Part shown: positions 8,039 to 18,916 of the stretch, piece after piece
How the letters are laid out: the number at the start of each line of letters is the position of its first letter
How positions within the stretch are numbered: position 1 is the first letter of the stretch
Source of the DNA: Veleropilina oligotropha
Taxonomy: Eukaryota
DNA: 64,000 nt
NCBI GenBank assembly: GCA_048128005.1
Contig: JBEUKZ010000006.1
Span: forward strand, 124,001 to 188,000
Direction: 5' to 3'
The notes under the pieces: generated by a model
Told to the model about the DNA's origin: nothing
Databases searched by the model: none
The model's input: only the letters and a program-made list of their open reading frames with translations
Made by a program: the position numbers and the translations under genes

Positions 8039-10282
8039 CTAGGGCCGAGGCTTCCCTATCCCGCTCTGCTTGCGGGATTTCGCTGGAGGTGCTCGCCTCT
8101 TTGGAGTGGGTTTATTGGCCGGAGGCCTACCACCCGAAGAGGGCTTCGCACGCTTAGAAGGCTTCGGGGCCGGGGTGGGCCCGGAGCGCTTCTTCGAGTT
8201 GGCAGGTGGACCCCGGGTGGGGAGCAGTACTGCCTTCTCGATGGCACGGTCCTTAATGTCCGCCGCTCTCTTGTCAACAAACTCCGTGAAGTTGTCACCA
8301 AAGAGAGTGGTGGCCGAGCAAGGTACGCATCGCAACGAGCGCCGGGTGGGCTCGTCCAGCGAGGTACCTTCCAGGCAAGCATCCCTACGTAGTAGGAGGG
8401 CATTGCCCAGGACACGTCCCGTCTCCAACGCGCTGGTCTCCTGCGCGGCAGCAACCTCCTGGAGGAAGGACAGGGCAGCCTCGGTGGCGCCGGGTCCATT
8501 CTCCTGTAATACGGCTATCGCCCCGTCTAGGAAAAAATCCTGAACGGACGATAGCCGCAGAGCCCGTCGGGCGGAGCTCTCGAAAGCTTCCAAGGCGGAC
8601 CAAGGAACTTTCGCTACGGAGGGAGTGTGACTGGCGGTCAGTCGACGCAACGAAGCGTCAACACGAGCCGGCTCAGTCGCCAGGCACGGGCCAGTGCATT
8701 CGAACGGGGTCGCTCGAGTACTGGCCCGGAGGTACCTCCCACTACGGAACCCCGAAGGGAACTCGTTCAGCGGGGAGGACTCCACCGGATTGCGCCCCTG
8801 AACGAGCTTGGTGATCGAGTCTACAACAAGATCCACCAGCCCGGACTGAGGTAAGGAGGGGAGCTCGGGGGCTTCCCTCGCAACAAACCGATGTGCTGCC
8901 GTCCTATGCTTGGCTACGTCTACAGCCGACCGAGTCGGTTCCGACAAGCCAAGCACCCCGCGAAGTGACGCAACAGCGTCGAGCCTTCGGCGGGTGGAGG
9001 AGGTCGGCTCCTGCATGCCTGTAAGACTAATGTCTTCGGACCCGACCGATTCAGGGAGGTCGGAGTGATTTGAACAGAGATCCTCGTTGGAACGAGGGTC
9101 GATGTCTATCACTGAGGCAGGAGCCGTGCTCTGCGCCATGGGCAGAAGTGTAGGTACCAGGTGCGGCTCGGGAGCCGTCGGCCAGGCCTTACACCGTTCC
9201 TCGATCCCCGCCGCGATCCATGCCTGGACGTTCTCAAAAGAGAAACCCGGAGGCAGGACGGGCGACGAACTAACAGCCGGTAGTTCTGTCGAGGTAACCG
9301 TGGCGCTAGGTAGACGGGCTGCATTGACAGGTCGAACCGAGGACCAGGGTCCACGGGCACTTGTCGAGGGGTCGAACCCGAAGGACTGGCCCGGAGGCGC
9401 AGTCAGTGGGCCGGACGACCGATAGGACTGCGGCAACAGTTCTGATCGGTCTACCACTCTGTTCGAGCGAGGCACGGACGGAAAACCGCCGTAGAACCCC
9501 GTCCCGAACGCAGCCGGTCTGTCCACGTTCTCTAGCGTGACCACGGTGGGTGCACGGGAGAGACCGGGCCCTCTGAATGTCTCGTGAGCTTCGAGGTTGA
9601 GCGGAAAACCCCTAGGGGAAGTCGCATCGTTCTCGACCGAGGATTCAGGTTTCGCCGATTGTCCGAGTCTTAGACCTACAAGTAGGTGCCCGGCCTCTTT
9701 AAAGGCTTTCTCTGCATTGGGTCTGTCACCGTAGGAAGACGGTGAGTTTCCCGCAGAAGGACTAACTGTCCCCTTATTCTTCGAGGCCGAAGAAAAGGAT
9801 GGGGATAGTCTGCCCTGTTCAGCTGTTCGCTGCGCTGTCATGTATACCTTGCTAGCCGGCAAGGTATGGCTGACTGCAGTTACTAGGCCCAGTTGTGGAG
9901 GAACGGTCGACACTCGGGTCTTTACCTGAATCTGGGGTACCGGCAAGGTTTCGGTGACTCTCCCAAGAGTCGCGGAGGTTTCGCCGGTGGATCCGGCGAC
10001 AGACGTCTGTCGGCTGTCGTCCAGCGTCCCTGAAGCAGACAAAGAAGAAACGTTAGGTAACTTACCGGTCTCTTCATGACCCTTCTCCACGGGAGGACCC
10101 ACCGTGGCAGTCGCCCTGGTCGACTTACCGTGGTGAGACAGGGTTGCCCACTGCTTATCTGATAGAAGAAAGCACAGATCACATTGATGATGTATACTAC
10201 AGCTACGATGAGTACAACATTCCTTGTGCCTATCAAATGCGTGAATTTTCTGGTTACACCCGGAGCTACTGCACCGGACCAT
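8039..10282 (-). CDS. DIRS-A ORF1, gag-like
   Basis: Long ORF upstream of RT. N-terminal Cys/His cluster (CSSSGC..H..C..H..C...C..C) and LLRRDACL...LFG motif shared by all three copies, plus a basic tail. ATG 10282 chosen by alignment with copies B and C. Confidence 0.88.
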   Translation of the reverse strand: MVRCSSSGCNQKIHAFDRHKECCTHRSCSIHHQCDLCFLLSDKQWATLSHHGKSTRATATVGPPVEKGHEETGKLPNVSSLSASGTLDDSRQTSVAGSTGETSATLGRVTETLPVPQIQVKTRVSTVPPQLGLVTAVSHTLPASKVYMTAQRTAEQGRLSPSFSSASKNKGTVSPSAGNSPSSYGDRPNAEKAFKEAGHLLVGLRLGQSAKPESSVENDATSPRGFPLNLEAHETFRGPGLSRAPTVVTLENVDRPAAFGTGFYGGFPSVPRSNRVVDRSELLPQSYRSSGPLTAPPGQSFGFDPSTSARGPWSSVRPVNAARLPSATVTSTELPAVSSSPVLPPGFSFENVQAWIAAGIEERCKAWPTAPEPHLVPTLLPMAQSTAPASVIDIDPRSNEDLCSNHSDLPESVGSEDISLTGMQEPTSSTRRRLDAVASLRGVLGLSEPTRSAVDVAKHRTAAHRFVAREAPELPSLPQSGLVDLVVDSITKLVQGRNPVESSPLNEFPSGFRSGRYLRASTRATPFECTGPCLATEPARVDASLRRLTASHTPSVAKVPWSALEAFESSARRALRLSSVQDFFLDGAIAVLQENGPGATEAALSFLQEVAAAQETSALETGRVLGNALLLRRDACLEGTSLDEPTRRSLRCVPCSATTLFGDNFTEFVDKRAADIKDRAIEKAVLLPTRGPPANSKKRSGPTPAPKPSKRAKPSSGGRPPANKPTPKRRAPPAKSRKQSGIGKPRP

Positions 10283-11061
10283 AGCTAAATACACGGGAGG
10301 GTGGACGTGGGTAGACGGGGTAGATAAATAGGTATATATATGGTAGTTGAGACTTCTTTCCTTGGAGGGAGTACTACGACAACTCACAGAATTGTCCTGA
10401 TCTGAAGATTAGAGATCAAGCGATATACCGTTATTAAAAACCCCGAACTGGGAACACCGAGGTCGGGTATTTTACCCGACCGACCCGGTAACCCGGCAAA
10501 TTGACTAAAACAAAGGGAGGTTATTTCCTCGAAAAAACCGCCCAGAAAAACACCTGAAAACCTCGTGGATGTTTTATGTTAGTACAATGGCGTATTATCC
10601 CAGCCACGGCAGGATATCAGAAAATTAACGCAAGCTTAATATCAAAAGATCCTGCCTTTTAACAACGCTAGAAAATTTTTTATATAATAATAACCAGCAA
10701 ATAGCGTTGTTAAGGAATTATCCAATATAATGAGTTACCTGTTTTGCAGTCTCAAACAATATCAGATAATTATACAGACCAGAAATTTCAGCTACCACTC
10801 GAAATTTTCCCTCTAAGCGGCCTCTTTAACGGCCACTGGCGTCCTTGACGACGATGTCTGTTTCCTTTGATGTCCAGAACTTCCTCGAAGTTTGAGAATC
10901 ACTCTTCTTATATTCACATGTGTTTTAGATCCACAACACAGGGTTATATTCCACTACTTATATACTATATAAGCAGAAACTGCGCCCTGATTTAACGTGA
11001 AATCGGGCGCCTATATCGAAATATTTGCGGAGCAAAACAACGTCTTTCCGCGACAGCGGAA

Positions 11062-11267
11062 AACTTTGAATTGATGTCATGTGACTTCTATTGTTCGGAA
11101 GTCTCACGAGACTTGGCGAAGTCTCGCTAGGGAACGTGGGGGGTAGGAGCAGGGAAGGTGACCGTGTGCTTTTTTGGCTTATAACGGTGCATTATGGGAC
11201 ATATTCACCATTTCCGGTTTGGGCGATAATATGCTATTATGGCAAGAGTAAGGACGTAAGTATGTTT
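11062..11267. repeat. DIRS-A 5' inverted terminal repeat
   Basis: Reverse complement of 3865-4070. Confidence 0.95.
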
Positions 11268-11854
11268 GTAACTATATATTTCACCCTACTATAAACAGGT
11301 TTACTCAGCTTCAAGAAAGCCGATCACTGTCCTGATATGAATATATAATGATGTTTTATTAGTAACATGTGCACTGAATTCATGTGCACTGAATTAATGT
11401 CTCAGTATAGTTTGTTTGCTAATAATTTGTGATGTAGGACACAAAGTGTCGTTGTGCAAATGTCAAACATTTGTTTAGATTGCACAACATTGCCAATTTT
11501 CTAATGTCCCCACGACAAACATAACTAAAACCGCTATCCAGAGGATAACTAATACCGCCCTCTCCCCACCTGATAATGTATTATACAAATTATCAGCATA
11601 GAAATCCAGCGAATAGTTGAATACAAAACCACAGTGCAATAGGAATAGACGGACAAACAGATGAACGGACGGACAGACAAACAGGATAATTTCATGGAGT
11701 TAGGAGATCGAAATAGACCTGCTGCAAAATGAGAAACCATGAACAGTCTCTTAAAAGTAGTCTGTACAAAGATTTTGGCTGAAAGTCATAACCGAAAGAT
11801 CAAAGGTCATTACTGAAGAGTCAAAGGTCATTCTGGGAAAAATCACTGCAGGTG

Positions 11855-13651
11855 CACAACTACACGACGTACTGATCCAGTATGCCACTACACGACGTAC
11901 TGATCCAGTATGCCACAACTACACGACGTACTGATCCAGTATGCCACAACTACATGACGTACTGATCCAGTATGCCACAACTACACAACGTACTGATCCA
12001 GTATGGCACAACTACACGACGTACTGATCCAGTATGCCACAACTACACAATGTACTGATCAAGTATGCCACAACTACACGATGTACTGATCAAGTATGGC
12101 ACAACTACACGATGTACTGATCAAGTATGCCACAACTACACGACGTACTGATCCAGTATGCCACAACTACACGACGTACTGATCAAGTATGGCACAACTA
12201 CACGACGTACTGATCCAGTATGCCACAACTACACGATGTACTGATCAAGTATGCCACAACTACACGATGTACTGATCAAGTATGGCACAATTAACTACAC
12301 GATGTACTGATCAAGTATGCCACAACTACACGACGTACTGATCCAGTATGCCACAACTACACGACGTACTGATCCAGTATGCCACAACTACATGACGTAC
12401 TGATCCAGTATGCCACAACTACACGATGTACTGATCAAGTATGGCACAACTACACGACGTACTGATCAAGTATGGCACAACTACATGATGTGCTGATCAA
12501 GTATGGCACAACTACACGACGTACTGATCAAGTATGGCACAACTACATGATGTACTGATCAAGTATGGCACAACTACACAACGTACTGATCAAGTATGGC
12601 ACAACTACACGACGTACTGATCAAGTATGCCACAACTACATGATGTACTGATCAAGTATGCCACAACTACACGATGTACTGATCAAGGAGGCACAACTAC
12701 ACGATGTACTGATCAAGTATGGCACAACTACACGATGTACTGATCAAGTATGGCACAACTACACGACGTACTGATCAAGTATGCCACAACTACATGATGT
12801 ACTGATCAAGTATGCCACAACTACACAACGTACTGATCAAGTATGGCACAACTACACGACGTACTGATCAAGTATGCCACAACTACATGATGTACTGATC
12901 AAGTATGCCACAACTACACGACGTACTGATCAAGGAGGCACAACTACACGATGTACTGATCAAGTATGCCACAACTACATGATGTACTGATCAAGTATGC
13001 CACAACTACACGATGCACTGATCAAGTATGCCACAACTACACGATGTACTGATCAAGTATGCCACAACTACACGATGTACTGATCAAGTATGCCACAACT
13101 ACACGATGTACTGATCAAGTATGCCACAACTACACGATGTACTGATCAAGTATGCCACAACTACACGATGTACTGATCAAGTATGGCACAACTACACGAT
13201 GTACTGATCAAGTATGGCACAACTACATGATGTACTGATCAAGTATGCCACAACTACACGATGTACTGATCAAGTATGCACAACTACACGATGTACTGAT
13301 CAAGTATGGCATAACTACACGATGTACTGATCAAGTATGGCACAACTACACGATGTACTGATCAAGTATGGCACAACTACATGATGTACTGATCAAGTAT
13401 GGCACAACTACACGATGTACTGATCAAGTATGCCACAACTACATGATGTACTGATCAAGTATGCCACAACTACACGATGTACTGATCAAGTATGCCACAA
13501 CTACACGATGTACTGATCAAGTATGCCACAACTACACGACGTACTGATAAAGTATGGCACAACTACATGACGTACTGATCAAGTATGGCACAACTACACG
13601 ACGTACTGATCAAGTATGGCACAACTACACGATGTACTGATCAAGTATGCC
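11855..13651. repeat. 31-bp minisatellite, about 58 copies
   Basis: Unit cacaactacacgatgtactgatcaagtatg(c/g). Confidence 0.97.
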
Positions 13652-14282
13652 AGGTGTTGAGGAAATCTGCTCAGGGGTAGTACGGACAAGTCAATATTGG
13701 ACAATTTTAGAAGTGTAGAAGTCAATACGTCAAGGACAAAGATCATACCGAGAAAATTTCTCGCTTTTGCACAACTACATGTTGTAGGAATAGTCCACAT
13801 GATGTATTGATCATGGATGCCAAGTGTCGACAAAATATTCCCAGCAGGTTTGGAGGAGTAGTCCAGACAAGTTAACAAGAGGTTACTACGTCAAGGTCAA
13901 AGGCCATACCAGGAAATTTGTCACCATTGCACAACTACATGATGTAGTGATCAAGTATGCCAAGTGTCGATGAAATATTCCCAGCGGATTGGGAGTATTC
14001 CGGACAAGTTAATAACAGACAATGTTTTGAAGTCCAGAGGTCACTATGTCAAGGTCAAAGGTCATACCAGGAAAATTTGTGGACGTTGCACAACTACATG
14101 ATGTAGTGATCATGTATGCCAAGTGTCGATGAAATCTGCCAAACAGGTTGGAAGGAGTAGTCCGGACAAGTTAATAGCGGACAAGGTCAAAGGTCGTACC
14201 GGGAAAATTTTCTCAGGTAACAACTATATGATGTCCTGATCATGTATGCCAAGTGTCGTTGAAATCTGCTCAGCAGGTTGAG

Positions 14283-14536
14283 GAGGAATTATGCTTAATG
14301 TCCTGTATATTTATAACATCGAGGTTCAAGGCAGGACATGTCCGTGTTATCGCGGGAGGAAACCCCGGTCGCCGGGTAAACCCGCCCTCTTCGGCCAGTC
14401 ACGGACAACTGTGCTTCATAACTTGAACAAATGTGTGCTGCCTCAGCCGGGGGTCGATCCCACTACTGTTCGCGTCAGCGGAAACAAGCCAGCGAATTTA
14501 GAGTGGACACTCTACCCACTGCGCTACCGAAGCGGC
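14283..14536 (-). mobile_element. tRNA-derived SINE with 14-bp target-site duplication (TSD)
   Basis: Minus-strand head GCCGCTTCGGTAGCGCAGTGG (A box) and GGATCGACCC (B-box-like), TCC tail, TSD ctcagcaggttgag at 14269-14282 and 14537-14550. Near-identical to 46935-47181. Confidence 0.92.
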
Positions 14537-15215
14537 CTCAGCAGGTTGAGAGGAATATAGTCCGGATGGACAGACAGATGGATATCAATATACCCCCCTA
14601 ACTTGAACGTTACGGGGGTATAATAATTAAGTAGGCTTCACAAGTGCTCCAGAAAATATTGTTTTCAATTTGTGAACTTCAGAAAAAATAATGCATGCTG
14701 TACGTGCTGATTTATCGTGTGCCGAATGTCGTATGAACAGACAAAAGGAAATATTTTCAAGTGCTACATACCGGCTCGAAGTAAGTCGTGGGCCATAAAA
14801 ATATTCATGTACCAAAATAATATGATAGCTATATATATACTCATAATTATGTCAAAATTCTCTTTGTAATTGAATAGTAAGCTGCATAATTATACAGCCG
14901 TTCAGCTGGGTGAGACCACTAGTATAGATTACACGTCATGATTATGCATCTCATTAAAACCCAGAAATGATAGATCAATAATAAAATAATGATAACAATG
15001 TAAGCAATTTTGCATAAAGAGAATATTTTTAATGTTACATATATCATTTTTCCATCCACAAATTAAACATAATATTAATGCATATCAAATTCCTAATTTC
15101 TATTATTTGTGCATGGAATTTAAACTGTACACTATCAACATTGCATCTTTTCACAGTACTGCTTTAGGAAAATATATACATTTGACACATCATATTTATC
15201 CAAGCATGTATTTGT

Positions 15216-15568
15216 ACTACACATTCATATATGCCGGTAGCTTCTACACATTCATATATGCCGGTAGTTTCTACACATTCATATATGCCGGTATCTTCTA
15301 CACATTCATATATGCCGGTAGCTGCTACACATTCATATATGCCGGTAGCTTCTACACATTCATATATGCCGGTAGCTTCTGCACATTCATATATGCCGTT
15401 AGCTTCTACACATTCATATATGCCGGTAGCTTCTGCACATTCATATATGCCGGTAGCTTCTGCACATTCATATATGCCGGTAGCTTCTACACATTCATAC
15501 ATGCCGGTAGCTTCTGCACATTCATATATGCCGGTAGCGTCTACACATTCATATATGCCGGAAGCTTC
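15216..15568. repeat. 27-bp minisatellite, about 13 copies
   Basis: Unit tacacattcatatatgccggtagcttc; explains three overlapping repetitive ORFs. Confidence 0.95.
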
Positions 15569-15663
15569 CGCAGATATATTGTATATTGTATTCCATTTAG
15601 AAAAATAATCGCAAAAATGCTGCATGAACAGGAATCAATATTAGATAGCAAAATGTTTAGTAA

Positions 15664-16125
15664 AACTAGAACGCTCGGTCACAAGTGACCACATATGTAT
15701 CTTGGAGGTCGAACCACACCACACCCAAAATCTCTAGGGATCGTACCCTTATGCACCCAAACCAATGAACATACCAAATTTGAAAACATACCGTTAACAA
15801 ATGGCCTGTCTAGAACGATCACGAGGAATCTCTCGGCGGCGACCATCTTGGATGTCGGACCACACCCGAATCACTAGGTGTTGTGTCCTCACGCCAACCA
15901 ATACACATACCAAATTTGAAAACATTATGTAAAGAAATGACCTCTCTAGAGTGATCACAAGCAATTATGGTGGCCGTGGCGGCCATCTTGGAGGTTGGAC
16001 CACACCCAAAATCTATAGGTGTCGTGTCCTCGCTCCAACCAATGCACATATCAAATTTTAAAACATTCCGTTAAGAAATGGCCTGTCTCTCGGCGGACGC
16101 AGCGGTGTAACGGGGGATACAACTA
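15664..16125 (+). mobile_element. Short non-autonomous Helentron-like repeat with about 3 internal about 145-bp units
   Basis: aactag start, ggtcacaagtgacc palindrome, repeated atcttgga..tcggaccacaccc...accaat.cacataccaaattt units, and gggggatacaa end. Confidence 0.45.
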
Positions 16126-18248
16126 ACAAAAGCATCGCCTTGCATTTATGTTAAACTGATAATGATTAAACTATGATGACACTATACAGTGTCCACTCAA
16201 GAATTTTGAACAGATTTATATGAAACCGGTACTTTACGACATTGTGTACTAAAGATTTTCTGCATAATAAAATGCTGTACATACGTTCTCTTATGATGTC
16301 CAGAGAAATAAAATGCTGTACATACCTTCTCTTATAATATCCGGAGAAATAAAATGCTGTACATACCTTCTCTTATGATATCTGGAGAAATAGCTACATG
16401 TATCTCAATTGTCCTTCACCATAATAAATCAATATTGACTTGCTTAAGAATTCAAGCACGATGAAATCCTGCAAATCTTACTATTAGGAAGATAATACAT
16501 ACGCTGTTCAATTATTCAGTTGCTAACTCTTAATGGTTCTATAATGGTCCATCCATTGATTAGCAGATCTCTCCTTTCCATTTCCCATGTATCCATATGA
16601 ACATTAATGCAACATATCAATCTCACGTTTTCAATGCGATAAAATTTAATATTAAATTGACCACACCTTGTTGCATGCCAACATCAATGATCGACAAGGT
16701 GTAATAACAATGAAACACGCATCTGCTTTGCAACATCAAATTATTGCGTGCTGTTACTCCAGAATGCACAACCCTCTCTACGATGCCCACCCACGAGATG
16801 TCACACGCTACAAAGAAGGATCACAATTCATTGCCCGATGCCTATTCAGCCAAAAACACAGCAATTAATATTTCAGGTAAATTGAATGACAAAGGCCTCT
16901 GGTCAGGGGTTAATTAATAGATATATGCCGGAGACGATCCATTCTTAAAAATATTGGCCCGGGGCCGGCCCAATATTTTTAACAATGGATCGTCTGAGAC
17001 TTACATCTACTTAAACTATTGTTTCCCATTTGAATGTGTTTTGTCATGCCACATTATTATTTAAATAATATTAAAGCACTCAAACAACATGATTTCAGTA
17101 TTAAAATTAACTTCTATAATAAGTCATTTAGTTGTTAATTTCAATACTGAAGTCAAGCTGTGTCTGCTTCTTCCCACCGCCCCACACGGGTCATTGTTAA
17201 AGTGCTTGGCTTATACGGGTCATTGTTGAAGTGCTTGGCTATTTTATAAATATAATTATCTGCCTGATTTTTAAGTGAAGTCTCACCTGAACGATGTACC
17301 ACGTGGTATTTCAGTTCAATTTGGCTGTTGTAATTCGGACAGCGACCTGTCCACACTTGGAATTTATCGCAAAGAATATGGATATTTATTTGTGCTATAT
17401 TGCAATCTGCCAATGTTGTCGCTTTAAGTTGGATTTATAACATTCTGGATGTACTACACGGACATAGGAATATCATATTTTGTTTACCTGCATTATAAAA
17501 GACTAGCGGATACAGTCATATTTCGCTGAAATCCCCCATTTTTCGCCCCCCCCCCTCCCCATTTCTCGCCCTCTTCCCCAGTTTACCCCCCTCCATTCAC
17601 AACAATAGTTTAAATATCAATAATTCCACAAAGACAATGCTACACACAAGCCAGCAATATTGTCATCTGATTGGCTCAGCAGCTTTACAGGCGACTGTCA
17701 AGGAATATCAACATCAGTGTCTATCGGTTAGATAACATGTTTATTTATTACTTGCAAGAATGTCGGAGGGCACCGACAATAATAAGATTTTAACTAATCT
17801 ATATATTTACAATAACATACTTACGTCCTTACTAATGCCATAATGGCCTCATTATCGCTAAACCGGAACCGTGGAATTTGACAAATTCGCACTTCTCTTA
17901 CAAAAAACCACTCCCTTCCTCCCCCCTCTGCACCAAGTTCCCAATCTCCAGAAGAGCAGAGGTCCAGGACATGTCCCAATCGAATGCGTCTTATGACATC
18001 AATTCAAGTGTAGGAGCGTTACCATAGCTAGGAACTTAGAGAGGGGAGGAAATGCGTGTAACGCATGGGAGGGCCAAACGAGTAAGGACGTAAGTATGTT
18101 ATTGTAAATATATAGATTAGTTAAAATCTTATTATTTACTTCAAACATACTTACGTCCTTACTAATGCCAGAATAAACTTGGATAGGCGGGCCTAAGTTC
18201 TAGTTTATTAAACTAATAAACAATAAACCCATAATCAAGATTATCTGT

Positions 18249-18560
18249 ACTTACGCCATCCGGAATCGGCTTTGAAGCGTTGATTCGAGTGATCCGCCCA
18301 GAGAAGAATCTCATGAGTATTATTCTACTCTTACCGCGCGTGGATTTTGACCAGTAATCCTGGGATGTACTCGCTCGGATGTTAGTGGATCGGGATGGAG
18401 GAAGTGCTTGCCACCCAGGAACCTGGTCGTATGTTTTCGAAGACACCGGGCGCTCAGGTTCTGGACAGGTGTAACCTACTGAAATAGACCTCAGGCCATC
18501 ATGGCCGGCATTCAGGAGGACAAGTCGGTTGAATAAACATCCTGAAATGAGTTGCAGGCA
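18249..18560 (-). ncRNA. Putative conserved structured RNA element in the DIRS 3' UTR (copy B)
   Basis: Aligns by motifs with 4279-4585 and 52482-52790, with compensatory changes. Confidence 0.55.
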
Positions 18561-18916
18561 TCTGTTATCAAACAAGCAGGTATTCATGGAATTTTGATAA
18601 ATTCCGGTAAAATGTGATATATAAATATATACAATTTAAAATACCTATTTCGCATGACTAACCAGCGAAATGCTAACCTCTGCGTAGGAATGTATTTAAA
18701 ATGCAAAGGAAAAAATACCGTAGAGGTTTTACAAAGCAGTACAAATAATATTCGAAGTAGGCAGTCAATAACTCAGTATGACAACATTTATTCTTAATTA
18801 AATTAAGAGAAATTAACTTCGAATCATCGCTAAAGAGATAAAGTAACTCGATAGGAAAGGTTGTACATTCATTGTTTTCAATGACGAGAGCAATAAACTG
18901 ACAGTTTCAACTCACC

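Larger units (their letters stand above)
3832..11279 (-). mobile_element. DIRS1-like tyrosine-recombinase retrotransposon, copy A, apparently intact
   Basis: 206-bp ITRs (3865-4070 / 11062-11267), ICR 4130-4220 complementary to both termini, and uninterrupted gag, RT/RNaseH/MT and overlapping YR ORFs. Confidence 0.97.
11780..14626 (+). mobile_element. TGACC/GGTCA-rich non-autonomous Helitron/Helentron-like repeat hosting a minisatellite and a SINE
   Basis: Repeated aaggtcaaaggtca blocks, a ggacagacag microsatellite and a terminal hairpin ataccccc...gggggtataa (14590-14622). Left boundary approximate; class inferred from architecture. Confidence 0.5.

Noticed and set aside
8070..8543. Antisense ORFs over gag/RT shared by the three DIRS copies
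   Set aside because: Expected shadows of GC-rich conserved sense coding; non-ATG starts and variable lengths.
11855..13651. 31-bp repeat as a CRISPR array
   Set aside because: Head-to-tail units with no spacers; eukaryotic context.
14440..14536. tRNA genes (also about 31315-31390, 46280-46360, 46935-47010)
   Set aside because: A/B boxes without a complete cloverleaf; attached to SINE-like bodies, some with tails and TSDs.
15032..15688. ORFs with YTFIYAGSF / GIYECVEAT repeats
   Set aside because: Translations of a 27-bp minisatellite, with no splice or homology support.
18213..18587. 124-aa ORF (and 52509..52700) as an extra DIRS gene
   Set aside because: Similarity between copies is short and frames diverge through indels; copy A has no equivalent ORF; better explained by RNA structure.
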